Shown here piece by piece: positions 8,936-19,093 of a DNA stretch of 54,617 nt. Source of the DNA: a virus (Duplodnaviria > Caudoviricetes); IMG/VR virus record IMGVR_UViG_3300033146_001808, positions 1-54,617 of that record; one strand, 5' to 3'. Each line of letters opens with the position of its first letter. Positions within the stretch are counted from its first letter, which is position 1. The notes under the pieces are model-generated. The model was not told the origin of the DNA. It saw only the letters and a list, made by a program, of their open reading frames with translations, and did not search any database. Made by a program: the position numbers and the translations under genes.

Positions 8936-11572
8936 ATGAAAAAGAAAAATACGAAAATTAGCGTTGATGTAATAGAAAAGACCGCTTTAAATATTATATC
9001 TACTAATCCAGAGAAGAATAATAATCCTGATGATAAATTATGGGAAAGATATAATTCTACCTATAGAGAGCGTTTTGATTATTTGACAAAAATCGGAGAG
9101 TTTGACTTACCAATGCAAGAGAGAAATATTCCTTTACAAAGAAGACTTATTGATTTACTTGTGGCGAAAAAATCTGTTCGACCATTCCAATACACTATTT
9201 ATTTAGATAGTGAGGACACTCGTATTAAGAAATTTCAAGATAAAATCCGTTCTTTTGTTCAATATGGTATAGAAAAATCAGAAGAGGTAGCTATGACTTT
9301 AACTTCTCAGATAGGAAATATTGAAGGTAACATCCAACAGATTCGTGGGATAATGCAGCAGTCAACAGAACAAGGTAAACCACCTTCTCCGGAAGAACAA
9401 GCTCAATACATGAAGGTTGTTCAAGAAATGGAAATAGCTAAACAAGATTTACAGCGCCAAACTGTAATGAATGAAGATTATATTAAAGAGTTTAATTCTA
9501 AGCAGAAGAACTCTCCTAATGAAATAATTGAGCGTATAGCTACTAAGTATATGAAACATTTAGAACGTGTAGTTAATTTCAACTATATGTCTACAATGCA
9601 ATTTAAGAATAGATGTGTTACAGGAAAGCATCATTATATGGTTGCTAAATTCAATGATAATAAACCAGTAATAAGAGGACTTGATTCTGGTAACATTGTT
9701 TATCAAACAGGAGGTAATGAAACTACTATTCAGAAAAAGGATTGGGCTTACTATAGCGAGAAGATGTCATTTGTACAAATACTTGAATTATTTGGCGAAG
9801 AATTAATTTCTAAGCATGGCGAAGGAGTATTGAGAGAACTTAGAGATACTTATTCACCAATGACTAATAATTCTGATATGTGGGCTATGCCTGATGGTGG
9901 TGTTATTTTTGGTGACGAATTAGAAGGTAGTAGTAATTCTAATTTCAGTAATTCTAAAGAAATTAAAATAAAGTGGGTATGGTTTAGAGCAGGAGAACCA
10001 GTATATCGTAAAACAAGTCTTGATAAGTATGGTAACGAGCATAAGCATGTCTTACCTTCAAAAACATTAATCAATAAAGACGAGTATAATTATAATCATG
10101 GATTTTATGTTCACAAAACTGATAAGAAATTAAAGTACAATAAGAAAGATGTATCTGTTTATTCTAAGAAAAAGGGAGATAAAATTGAAACTCGTAGCTA
10201 TAAGAAATTATATCATGCCGTAGTAATAGCTGATGAATATGTTATTGCTGCTGATGAATGGAAGAATGTTATTAGAGATACTGATTCTTACAGTAGATTT
10301 AATATTCCAATTTTTGGAGAGTCTTTTGATGGCTTAATTAGAAAGCCTTATTCGTTAATTGCTGCTACAAATGATATACAAGATTTAATAGATATCATAT
10401 GGACTTCAAGAGAATATATGATAGCTGCTGCAGGAACTAAAGGTAATGTACTTGATGTTTCTCAAAAGCCTGATCATATGACTACAGATGAGTGGGAATA
10501 TCATATTAAACTAGGTCGTATCTATATTCAAACTATAGATGCTAATGGTTCGGCTAAAAGAATATCTTATAATCAATGGACTAGTTTTGATAATACTGTA
10601 AGTCAAGGTATTCAATATTTTGATGGGATGATAGAGAATCTTACAAGAATGATGGGAAGTATCATTGGTATTCCTTATCAAGCTATGGGAGAAACTACCA
10701 GAACCGACCAAGTAGGTGTTAATAAAATGGCTATTAAAGAGTCTGGAATGGTAACCGAGCTTATGTTTTATGAACACTTCATGGTTGACAAAGAAGCTTT
10801 AGAAGAGTATATTTCATTAAGTATAGCTGATGCAGATGGAAAGGATATAATATTTTCTGATCCAAACTTGAAAGGAACTACTGAATATTTATTGAGCACT
10901 AAAAAGCTTATTGGAGATAATATAAGAATGTATCTATACTCTATGTTTGAGGACAAAGAGAAGATGATGCACTTACAACAATTAGCTTCTGGAATGATTG
11001 ATAAATTAGGATTGTCTTTTGGTAGTTTAATTAAGATATTCAATTCAGAGACTCTAAAGGAAATGGAAGGTAAAGTGATATACTTAGAGGAGCAATCAAA
11101 GAAAGCCGCTTCTGAGTCACGTCAGGCAGCAATGCAACAAGAAATAGCTGCCAAAAAGGATATGGAGAAATACACTAATGATTTAGCTGTGTATTTAGAA
11201 AAGATGAAAGCCCAATTCCAACAAGGAGATTTAATGATTAGGCAAGCTACTTTAGAATTTGATAGAGAAAAATTTGCTGTAGAGCAGAAAGCTACTATGA
11301 TGGATTTACAAATCAAGTCTGACAAAAATCAGATTGATATGATGAAAGTCAAAGAAGACACCGCTGTTGAAAAAGCTATGTTGATTTCTGATGATAAGCA
11401 TAGAACATTTGATGATCAATTAAGAGCATTAGAACTTCAAGTTAATTTTATGCTTGAAAAAGCTGGACTTGCATTAGAGGGTAAAAAGGTAAGTAATGAC
11501 TTAAAAAAGATAAGTGTTTCTGGAGCTAATAGAATGAAAACATCATCTAATGAAAGAATTAATGATAAATAG
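8936..11572 (+). CDS. Portal protein
   Basis: 878 aa directly after TerL; PYSLI..TNDIQDL, GTKGNVLD, IGIPYQAMG motifs and a long Gln/Glu-rich C-terminal coiled coil typical of crAss/P22-like portals. Confidence 0.88.
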   Translation: MKKKNTKISVDVIEKTALNIISTNPEKNNNPDDKLWERYNSTYRERFDYLTKIGEFDLPMQERNIPLQRRLIDLLVAKKSVRPFQYTIYLDSEDTRIKKFQDKIRSFVQYGIEKSEEVAMTLTSQIGNIEGNIQQIRGIMQQSTEQGKPPSPEEQAQYMKVVQEMEIAKQDLQRQTVMNEDYIKEFNSKQKNSPNEIIERIATKYMKHLERVVNFNYMSTMQFKNRCVTGKHHYMVAKFNDNKPVIRGLDSGNIVYQTGGNETTIQKKDWAYYSEKMSFVQILELFGEELISKHGEGVLRELRDTYSPMTNNSDMWAMPDGGVIFGDELEGSSNSNFSNSKEIKIKWVWFRAGEPVYRKTSLDKYGNEHKHVLPSKTLINKDEYNYNHGFYVHKTDKKLKYNKKDVSVYSKKKGDKIETRSYKKLYHAVVIADEYVIAADEWKNVIRDTDSYSRFNIPIFGESFDGLIRKPYSLIAATNDIQDLIDIIWTSREYMIAAAGTKGNVLDVSQKPDHMTTDEWEYHIKLGRIYIQTIDANGSAKRISYNQWTSFDNTVSQGIQYFDGMIENLTRMMGSIIGIPYQAMGETTRTDQVGVNKMAIKESGMVTELMFYEHFMVDKEALEEYISLSIADADGKDIIFSDPNLKGTTEYLLSTKKLIGDNIRMYLYSMFEDKEKMMHLQQLASGMIDKLGLSFGSLIKIFNSETLKEMEGKVIYLEEQSKKAASESRQAAMQQEIAAKKDMEKYTNDLAVYLEKMKAQFQQGDLMIRQATLEFDREKFAVEQKATMMDLQIKSDKNQIDMMKVKEDTAVEKAMLISDDKHRTFDDQLRALELQVNFMLEKAGLALEGKKVSNDLKKISVSGANRMKTSSNERINDK

Positions 11573-11584
11573 TAATATTTTATA

Positions 11585-11592
11585 TATATTTG
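11585..11592 (+). promoter_or_regulatory. Candidate Bacteroidota sigma-A -7 element (TAnnTTTG) upstream of scaffold/MCP genes
   Basis: TATATTTG lies in one of the longest intergenic gaps (11573-11623); no clear -33 TTTG element. Confidence 0.45.
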
Positions 11593-11623
11593 TAATCTAA
11601 TTTTTAACCAAACTAAGTATAAG

Positions 11624-12673
11624 ATGGAAATAGAAAGAAAAGATGGGAGCCAAGTAGAGGTAACCCAAGAGATGTTAGCTGCTCAATTCAATAAAGGATA
11701 TGAGGACAAGGTTAGCGACAAGGCTGCTACTGTTGAGAAGATAGGAGATTTAGGAATAGATTTCGGAAAAAATGAAGGCGATAATGAGGGTGGTGCTGGA
11801 GGAGATGAAGGCAATGGAGAGTTAGTTAATTTGTCAACTGATGAAATTGATGCTTATAAAGATTTTTTAGGTGGAGATATACCTGATACGGTTTATAAGG
11901 ATGAAAGTGGTAAAGCTTTCTCTAAAAAAGAAGTTATATATAACCTTAATAAGATAGTTGCTGATAAGTCAGTTTCTAATTATCAAGCTGATCCTTTCAT
12001 AGCAAGTTATGTAAAAGCAAAAGCAACTGATGGTTTTAATCATGATGATTATGTAAAATCATTAAATGCTAATCAGAAGTATTATGATATGAAAGATGAT
12101 GATCTACTTAGATTAATACAGAAGAATCAAGGTAAAGATGATAAGGTTATCGATGATTGGTTAAATAGTACAAATGTAATTACAAAAGAGCAAATGGCTA
12201 AAAATGCTAGAGCTCAGATTAAAGAAAATGAACAAGCGCAAAGAAATGAGACTTTTAAACAAAACGCTGATAGCAGAAAGCAAAAAATTAGTGTTTTAAA
12301 TGAAAGGTCGAAATCAACTATAGATAAATATGCTCAGGAAGCGTTTATTAATGAATTTCCAATTAGACTAGATGATAGTACTAAGGATAGAGTCATTAAT
12401 ACGATGAAATCATTAATGCAACATGAGATAGTAGAGAGAGATGGAAACTATGAAGAGAGACTTGGACTTGATGAATTTCTTCGTAATGACGACTTATTGC
12501 TTAAAGCGTTACCGTACATTGCGATGATTAAAGAAGGTATTGACAAGGATCAAATTAATGGATACATCAATAAGGTAAAGAATAAAGAATTTGAGAAGAT
12601 AGAAGGTGGAGATAATGGTTTAGGTTCTGGAGGCAACTCTAAGGGCATAGATTTTAAAGCTCTATACAAATAA
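11624..12673 (+). CDS. Probable capsid scaffolding/assembly protein
   Basis: 349 aa, acidic disordered N-terminus, coiled coil, Gly-rich C-terminal linker; between portal and MCP. Confidence 0.65.
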   Translation: MEIERKDGSQVEVTQEMLAAQFNKGYEDKVSDKAATVEKIGDLGIDFGKNEGDNEGGAGGDEGNGELVNLSTDEIDAYKDFLGGDIPDTVYKDESGKAFSKKEVIYNLNKIVADKSVSNYQADPFIASYVKAKATDGFNHDDYVKSLNANQKYYDMKDDDLLRLIQKNQGKDDKVIDDWLNSTNVITKEQMAKNARAQIKENEQAQRNETFKQNADSRKQKISVLNERSKSTIDKYAQEAFINEFPIRLDDSTKDRVINTMKSLMQHEIVERDGNYEERLGLDEFLRNDDLLLKALPYIAMIKEGIDKDQINGYINKVKNKEFEKIEGGDNGLGSGGNSKGIDFKALYK

Positions 12674-12691
12674 CTTTATTATAATTTTATT

Positions 12692-14140
12692 ATGAAATTT
12701 ATAAAAGGCGGGATACAAGAAGTAGCCCAAGAGAGTATAACCTCTCAACTATTGATTGAAGCAGGTGTTAACAATCCTGATTTTGTACCAACAATGATGC
12801 GTTTATATAAGGACAACTTTATGTTGAACCACATTTTGGATGTTAAGAAAATGAAAACTGATGGTTTATCGATGAATACTAATGATGGTAATTATCGTAC
12901 AGTAAGTTCAAACCATATTAAATATCGTATTGCTGAAACTGATTTTAGAGTAGAGAAATTCCGTTCTAATGATGCTGGCGTTACGTTTATTGACGAATTA
13001 GGTAGCACAGATAAGCCTGGTCAATTCCAGTCTATAGTAACAGTATATTCAAACACAAATTGGATGGGTTACAAAGAGATTGCTGAATTAGGTGATAATG
13101 AAACTCAAATTTGGGCTATTAGTGATCCAATAGAGCATGCTGATGGAATCTTCGAAACAAAGATTAAATTAGTTACCAATAATCATAATGATTATATCCT
13201 TCCTGAATTATTGGAAGATGGCGCAGAATTTTATGTTGCAACTAATGCACACGAGCAAGATTTCTCTGAGAGAGGTGTTGAGAAGTATAGCTTCAAATCA
13301 TGGGGTGATACTTATTTGTCATTAATGCGATTCAAGTATTCTTGGTCAGGAACTGCTGCAGCTATGATGAAGAATAAAGCTTCTGTAAAAGGTCGTTTTG
13401 TTGAGCATAATGGTCAAACGTTATTCTTACGTAAAGCTGAAATGGAAATGTTTCAAAGAGCATCTAAGCAAATTAACTTTGCTCACATGTTCGGTAAAGG
13501 AACTGTATCTGTTGATGGAAAGATTATTACTAAAGACCTTGGTGGTCGTGAAGTGATGATGGGTGATGGTATTTATAATTCTAATGGTGGACCAATAAGA
13601 ATTCCTTATAATGGTTGGACTAAAGAATTTATTGAGTACTTCATTTCTGAGATTGATAACTATGTAAATGGTGATATTGATTCTCATAGAGAAGTTTATC
13701 TTGCAATGGCTCCAATGGCATATATGTCATTTCAGCATTTAATGAGTGAGTTTGGAAAAACTGCTAATAACAATGTTGTTGGTGATGGTAGTTCAAAAGG
13801 TATTAACGATACTTATGCTTATTATGAGATAGGTGGTATTCGTTTAATTGCTCATAAAGAGCCTTCAATGACTCGTAGAGCACGTACAGTATCTCCTGAT
13901 GGTACATTCATTAACGATTGGGATTGTGTTGTTCTTCCTTTAGGATTGACTGATGCAGGAACGAATGGTGTTGAATTAGTTCAGTTACGACCTATGACTG
14001 GTGGTACAGTAGCAGGTGTTGATGAAGGTGGAAATATCGCTTCTTCTGTAGATGGTAGCTCTAAGCACATCTTATTCCAGAATGGAGTAATCAATCAAAA
14101 TAAGGTATTCATTATCAGAAAACCTAGATTAGTAAAGTAA
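12692..14140 (+). CDS. Major capsid protein (HK97 fold, crAss-like)
   Basis: 482 aa; position after scaffold; LSLMRFKYSWSGTA, GREVMMGDGI and C-terminal ASSVDGSSKHILFQNGV resemble crAss-like MCPs. Confidence 0.87.
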   Translation: MKFIKGGIQEVAQESITSQLLIEAGVNNPDFVPTMMRLYKDNFMLNHILDVKKMKTDGLSMNTNDGNYRTVSSNHIKYRIAETDFRVEKFRSNDAGVTFIDELGSTDKPGQFQSIVTVYSNTNWMGYKEIAELGDNETQIWAISDPIEHADGIFETKIKLVTNNHNDYILPELLEDGAEFYVATNAHEQDFSERGVEKYSFKSWGDTYLSLMRFKYSWSGTAAAMMKNKASVKGRFVEHNGQTLFLRKAEMEMFQRASKQINFAHMFGKGTVSVDGKIITKDLGGREVMMGDGIYNSNGGPIRIPYNGWTKEFIEYFISEIDNYVNGDIDSHREVYLAMAPMAYMSFQHLMSEFGKTANNNVVGDGSSKGINDTYAYYEIGGIRLIAHKEPSMTRRARTVSPDGTFINDWDCVVLPLGLTDAGTNGVELVQLRPMTGGTVAGVDEGGNIASSVDGSSKHILFQNGVINQNKVFIIRKPRLVK

Positions 14141-14163
14141 TAGAAATTTAAAAGTATAAAGAC

Positions 14164-15294
14164 ATGAAAGTTAAATTAAGAGGTGTAACGAAAGTTGCCA
14201 AAGAACATGGATTGAGAGTAATTCCTGTAAAAGTAAATGATAACACCTATGCTACGGGTCAAGGTATATTACCTAATGATCCTGACACCGTGGATAACCT
14301 AACATTGAAAGAGATGCTTGGAGAGAAACAACTAACAGCAGATAAAATGAAAAGGTTTCCTTTCATTATAAATCCTTATGCTAGAAAAACTTTTCAAGAT
14401 GGCCATTTGTTTGATTTAGATAACCCAGAAGAGAATGCTTTATTGAATCTAATATTAATTAGTGCTGATAGAGTTGCCCCAAGTAAAGGTGAGTTCAATA
14501 GAATGAAGCACGATTTTTATATTGAGAACAGAACTAAGGAAAGCGAAAAGAAAACAAAGTCATTCAGAAAAACTATCAAGGCTGGTATAGCTGTAGAGAA
14601 GTTGTCTCCAAATGAAATGTTGGAATTAGCTGATTACTTATTTGTAAATCATAATGAAGCAAATTGTTCTCGTGATAGAGAAGTTTCTGTTATTACTAAT
14701 ACCATTTATGAATACTCTGCTACTAAGCCGGATTTCATACTTGATGCATTGAAGAAAGACAATAAGACAAACTTATATGTATCTTCATTAGTGATTGCAG
14801 GTATTCTTACTAAAAAAGGTGCTGACTTCTATGAGGGCAAAACATTTATTGCAACAACTTTTGAAAAGGTAGTTTCTATCTATAATACTGATTTAACTAA
14901 AGCTGCTCGTTGGGATGGCAAATTACGTGAGAAGTCTAAAAACGCTCATATAACATTTGACGAACCAATACTTGATATTACTGGTATCAAAAATGAATTC
15001 TTAATGGCTATCTTTGATGAAGATGTAGCTAAGATAGATGAGTTGACTATTACCATAAAAAAGAGTGCTAGCAACGAGCTTATGGCTTTACTTGTAAAGT
15101 TTAATGATAAGGTTAAAGTAATTAAGAATCCTCCTAAATCGGAAGAGCCTAAAAAACTTACTTTATTAGAGAGCGCAGATCAAGAGCCATTCATGGTATT
15201 CAAAAGCAAGTTTCAGAAGTTCTATCAAGATTATGATGGAGAATTGAAGAAGCAGCCAATGAAGGACTTTTTACAATCTTTAAAATCTGAATAA
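14164..15294 (+). CDS. Conserved crAss-like protein downstream of MCP, function unknown
   Basis: 376 aa; synteny; DGHLFDLDNPEE and GILTKKGADFYEGKTFIA segments resemble the gene that follows MCP in this phage group. Confidence 0.6.
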   Translation: MKVKLRGVTKVAKEHGLRVIPVKVNDNTYATGQGILPNDPDTVDNLTLKEMLGEKQLTADKMKRFPFIINPYARKTFQDGHLFDLDNPEENALLNLILISADRVAPSKGEFNRMKHDFYIENRTKESEKKTKSFRKTIKAGIAVEKLSPNEMLELADYLFVNHNEANCSRDREVSVITNTIYEYSATKPDFILDALKKDNKTNLYVSSLVIAGILTKKGADFYEGKTFIATTFEKVVSIYNTDLTKAARWDGKLREKSKNAHITFDEPILDITGIKNEFLMAIFDEDVAKIDELTITIKKSASNELMALLVKFNDKVKVIKNPPKSEEPKKLTLLESADQEPFMVFKSKFQKFYQDYDGELKKQPMKDFLQSLKSE

Positions 15295-16163
15295 TGATAC
15301 TAGAGACAACATATCAAATGTATTTATCCTTTCTTGATGGTATCAAGAAGTATGGAACAGGAGTAGTAGATCCTAAAGCCTTTAACCGAATCATTAATGA
15401 TTGGGGCCAAGACGAGTGGATAAAGAACAATATTGCAAAAGGTATTGAACTTACACAAGATTTACAAGATAGGTTGTCAGTACTAAAGGTTATCACAGAT
15501 GATGTATATTCTTATAGTAAGAGAATTGATGGAGCAAGTAAAGTTGTTATCGGTTCAATTCCCCCAAATAAGGATATACAAGCATTTGTTTCTCCAACTG
15601 GAGTTACAGGTAACCCACTTCCTGCTGTTGATTATTACTTTCCTTATTCTTTAAAAGGAAGTATGGAAATAGGTGCAAATTACTATCCGGAGTATATGAC
15701 GTTATTAAGTGTTCAATTTAAAATTGAATATGTAGATAATGAGTGCGAAAAAGGTATTAGTGACTGGTTAGATGCTAATATATTAAGAACAGATAATAAA
15801 TCTGTAATTAAGAAAAACCCATTCAGAAAGCCTAAAGATAATCGTTTGTATTACGAGATAGTTAATGATTCATTTATATTAACAACTGGAACCGCTTCTA
15901 AAGGTCATAAGATGAAATTAGACTATTTACGTTATCCAAGAAGAATATTCTTCAGTACAGATAATGGTGGTGATTTATACATGGAACAAGATGGGATACC
16001 TAATTACAGTTTAAGTAATAATACTCCTATTGGAAGTGTAAACTGTGAATTACCAAATAGTTTAAGACAAGAGATAGTGAGTACTGCTGTTCGCGTATTC
16101 ATTGAAAGAATTCAAGATCCTAGATATAAGTCATTTCTAAACGAATTAAATATTAGAATATAA
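15294..16163 (+). CDS. Tail ring / head-tail connector protein
   Basis: 289 aa; LDYLRYP and NCELP..LRQEIV..AV motifs typical of crAss-like ring proteins; TAATG coupling on both sides. Confidence 0.7.
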   Translation: MILETTYQMYLSFLDGIKKYGTGVVDPKAFNRIINDWGQDEWIKNNIAKGIELTQDLQDRLSVLKVITDDVYSYSKRIDGASKVVIGSIPPNKDIQAFVSPTGVTGNPLPAVDYYFPYSLKGSMEIGANYYPEYMTLLSVQFKIEYVDNECEKGISDWLDANILRTDNKSVIKKNPFRKPKDNRLYYEIVNDSFILTTGTASKGHKMKLDYLRYPRRIFFSTDNGGDLYMEQDGIPNYSLSNNTPIGSVNCELPNSLRQEIVSTAVRVFIERIQDPRYKSFLNELNIRI

Positions 16164-17401
16164 TGGAAAATTTAAAATATCCAAAAAAATCCTACTTCAT
16201 TGAAGATTTAGGTACTGATAATTTCGAAAAAATAGGTACTAACCTAGTTTTCAAAAAAGAAGGTGTTATAATTGACAGTACAACTGCTGCTAATAACATT
16301 AAGCATTTTACTAAAGATGGAGCTTCTGGAGCGCGTTTTTTAGAGTTCAAATCTGATGCTACTTGCTACACTGAGTGTAAGTATGGTTTCGGTTTTGCTA
16401 TCAAGCGTGAGTATGAGAACCCGGGTAAGCTTAATGAGTATCCTCGCAATCACATGCGTAGTCGTCCTTATTATGGAACAATTGCTCCTGTAACTATTAC
16501 TAATGGTGTAATTGAGGATTCTAACATCAGAAAGATGGAGAAAGCTACTTTAGCTGACATTAAAGCTGATCATTATTCGAATAAAGAAGGAGATTTCTTT
16601 AAAGCATTTAAGTTTGCTGTAGCCAGCATTAAGACTGCTACTGCTACTATTACACTTGATGGCGTTGCTCATACAGGAGTAGTATTAGATGAAACTCATG
16701 TTAATCAAATTGATGGTTTGGTAGCTATTGAGCGACATGATGGTTCTGTTCTTATTATGGCTACTGAGGATGGTTCTTACTTTGAATTTAGTAGTGTTGC
16801 TGATGGTACTATTGATAGAGAAGGAATTATGGTTGTAGGTACTGATCCTTCAATTAATATCTTTATTCACCATGCAGATACTATGAAGGTATCATTTGCT
16901 GAATTATTTGTATTAACTCTACCTGCAGTTACATCTAAGAGCTATAATTTACGTTTCTTAGGAGATGAAAATTTAAATGTACTTAAGACATTTGCTTCTG
17001 CTTCTTCATTTTCTTTATCTGATGTAGATTATTCTAATAAAGGTGATTTACTTTATATTACATCAGGAGTTAAAACTCTTAATGAAATTGTAGTATTACC
17101 AGGAGTAGCTGCTACAGCTTTATATCCAGGCGCTATGTTATTAGCATCTGGTAATGGTTCATGGCCAACAATGCAGAAGGATAAACTTCGCAGACGTTTC
17201 ATTGGTTATTACAAAGGTCGTTTTGGTGAAGAGCAATTTCTTCCTTCGGCTAAACGTCATGTTGAAATGACTTTTACTAAGATCATTGAGAAGCCTTCTT
17301 TATCTAGTGGTGCATCTGAATATGCGAAACAAGGTGTTCGTATTAGTATTGTTCTTCCTTATGATGTTTATAATACATCAGATGAATTGATAGCATTGTA
17401 A
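16163..17401 (+). CDS. Probable auxiliary capsid (abundant structural) protein
   Basis: 412 aa, beta-rich; synteny within the capsid module; followed by an intrinsic terminator, consistent with high expression. Confidence 0.5.
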   Translation: MENLKYPKKSYFIEDLGTDNFEKIGTNLVFKKEGVIIDSTTAANNIKHFTKDGASGARFLEFKSDATCYTECKYGFGFAIKREYENPGKLNEYPRNHMRSRPYYGTIAPVTITNGVIEDSNIRKMEKATLADIKADHYSNKEGDFFKAFKFAVASIKTATATITLDGVAHTGVVLDETHVNQIDGLVAIERHDGSVLIMATEDGSYFEFSSVADGTIDREGIMVVGTDPSINIFIHHADTMKVSFAELFVLTLPAVTSKSYNLRFLGDENLNVLKTFASASSFSLSDVDYSNKGDLLYITSGVKTLNEIVVLPGVAATALYPGAMLLASGNGSWPTMQKDKLRRRFIGYYKGRFGEEQFLPSAKRHVEMTFTKIIEKPSLSSGASEYAKQGVRISIVLPYDVYNTSDELIAL

Positions 17402-17412
17402 TAATAAATTAT

Positions 17413-17446
17413 AGTTCGGCATTCTTAATTGAGTGTCGAGCTTTTT
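17413..17446 (+). terminator. Rho-independent terminator
   Basis: 12-bp stem agttcggcattc / gagtgtcgagct (3 G-U pairs), loop ttaatt, followed by a T-run. Confidence 0.8.
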
Positions 17447-17458
17447 AACTTCCAACCT

Positions 17459-18181
17459 ATGGCGACTACAGTAGAGATTATATATAAGATTAAGGAAAGG
17501 GATTCTTCTTTCAATGTTACTGATGATTATAAGATTAGTGATGAGTTAATATTATCAATGATGAATGATAATAGAGCTTCATTAATTCGTGAAGAATACA
17601 ATAAGAATAGAATTTTAGATCCTATGTTCTTTCAATTTAATTGCTGCTATAAGATAGAGTGTGTAGAGGGAGGTTGTACTATTGATGGAGAATATATTCC
17701 TGATGGAGAAAATGTATATCAAGTGAATTTAAAGCCCCATGTAACAGGAATCGGTGGCAATGGGATATCTTACATAGGAAACAAAACTGGTACTATTAGG
17801 TTTGACTTATTATCGTTTGACGACTATTCTACAATGGAAGGTAGAGTTTGGACTAAGGAAGCTTTATCGAGTACATTATTAGGAGATAAGTTACTATTAA
17901 AGAATTTACCTACAAAGGGGTTTTCTTTTATTTGTTTAAGAGAGATTTTATTGGATCCAACTACAGCTTGTACGTGGGATGATAATATTACAGAATATCC
18001 CGTACCAAGTGTAAAGAAGTTAATCAACATGGTTGTATATGAGATAATGACAGGAAGTAGATTACCTTCTGACAAAATCAATAATGCTACTGATGATACT
18101 ACAGCACCAAAAATACAAGACCAAGCTATAGCCCAACAACAGAGGTTACAAACAAGTGGAGAGCAAAATAGAAGACGCTAA
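17459..18181 (+). CDS. Tail ring (tubular) protein
   Basis: ATG at 17459 (the tracked TTG at 17429 is inside the terminator). ISDELIL.MMNDNRASLIREEY, ILLDPT, EYPVP and PSDKINNATD match crAss-like ring proteins. Confidence 0.72.
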   Translation: MATTVEIIYKIKERDSSFNVTDDYKISDELILSMMNDNRASLIREEYNKNRILDPMFFQFNCCYKIECVEGGCTIDGEYIPDGENVYQVNLKPHVTGIGGNGISYIGNKTGTIRFDLLSFDDYSTMEGRVWTKEALSSTLLGDKLLLKNLPTKGFSFICLREILLDPTTACTWDDNITEYPVPSVKKLINMVVYEIMTGSRLPSDKINNATDDTTAPKIQDQAIAQQQRLQTSGEQNRRR

Positions 18182-18615
18182 TGGAAGATAAATGTAAAAT
18201 TACAATAATATACCCATTGACAGTAACGAGGGCAGATGGCTTAGAAATAAAGCTACTTGCTAATTCTCAATATTGTTTTGAGGAAGAGGGCTATTTTGAT
18301 GCTCCTTTTAAAGAAATAACTGACCATAAAAATAAAGCGTATGGTTATAAAGTTATTAGTGGGGCTTCTTATTTCATAGTATTTGATAGAGCTGCTGTTC
18401 AAGAGAATTTTGATAGAGAAGGGCTTGATGAATTATCATTAGCAGAGAGAGCTAGAGAGGACCAAATGAACAAGGTTGCAGATCACAAGAAAGAGACATT
18501 AAAGATATTAGGACATGACATCAAAGCATTCGAGAGAGTTGATTATAATGGAAGATGGCTTCAGAAAACACTTGAAAAAAGATATAAGCCCGGCAATGCT
18601 GGGAAAGTGGATTGA
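18181..18615 (+). CDS. Hypothetical protein
   Basis: 144 aa, TAATG-coupled to the upstream gene; 3' end overlaps the next ORF. Confidence 0.6.
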   Translation: MEDKCKITIIYPLTVTRADGLEIKLLANSQYCFEEEGYFDAPFKEITDHKNKAYGYKVISGASYFIVFDRAAVQENFDREGLDELSLAERAREDQMNKVADHKKETLKILGHDIKAFERVDYNGRWLQKTLEKRYKPGNAGKVD

Positions 18616-19093
18616 TGAACATGATAAGCAAATAACATATAGTTATAAGGCTTTTAGGAATAGTGAAGATTTCGAGGGAACATTAGATTCCATAGTATTA
18701 GAAGTAAAAGATATTCGGAAAGAAACCGAATTAAACACTAATTATTCTAAACTTACTGGAGGTGATAGTAAATTAAATAGGAGATTTGTAAGAAGCTATG
18801 TATTGCGGTTTTTACAGGTCTTTTTGTATGAATTAGCCAAGGGTAATACTGTAATAATAGGAAATAAAGAGATAGGGTTTTCTTTCAATAGTCAAATTAA
18901 GAAGAGACTAATGAAAGGTAAAATTATCGAATACAGTACTCTTAGAGTTTATGTTCACATATCAAAGAAGTTATTTAGCAAGACAATGGTATTTTACTAT
19001 TCTCATGTTGATAAGAGATTCCAGAAAGCATTTAAAGAAGTAAGAAAGAATATTAAGTATATACGTTACCCATCAAATTTTTTAGAAGAATGA
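18548..19093 (+). CDS. Basic IHF/HU-like DNA-binding protein of the tail module (start uncertain: 18515, 18548 or 18596)
   Basis: FLQVFLYELAKGNTVIIGNKEIGFSF resembles the HU/IHF helix-2/beta motif; K/R-rich; crAss-like phages carry IHF-like genes just before the tubular and stabilization genes. Confidence 0.55.
   Translation: MEDGFRKHLKKDISPAMLGKWIDEHDKQITYSYKAFRNSEDFEGTLDSIVLEVKDIRKETELNTNYSKLTGGDSKLNRRFVRSYVLRFLQVFLYELAKGNTVIIGNKEIGFSFNSQIKKRLMKGKIIEYSTLRVYVHISKKLFSKTMVFYYSHVDKRFQKAFKEVRKNIKYIRYPSNFLEE

Noticed and set aside
17429-17458. TTG start for the ring protein
   Set aside because: Lies within the terminator hairpin; ATG 17459 is more plausible.
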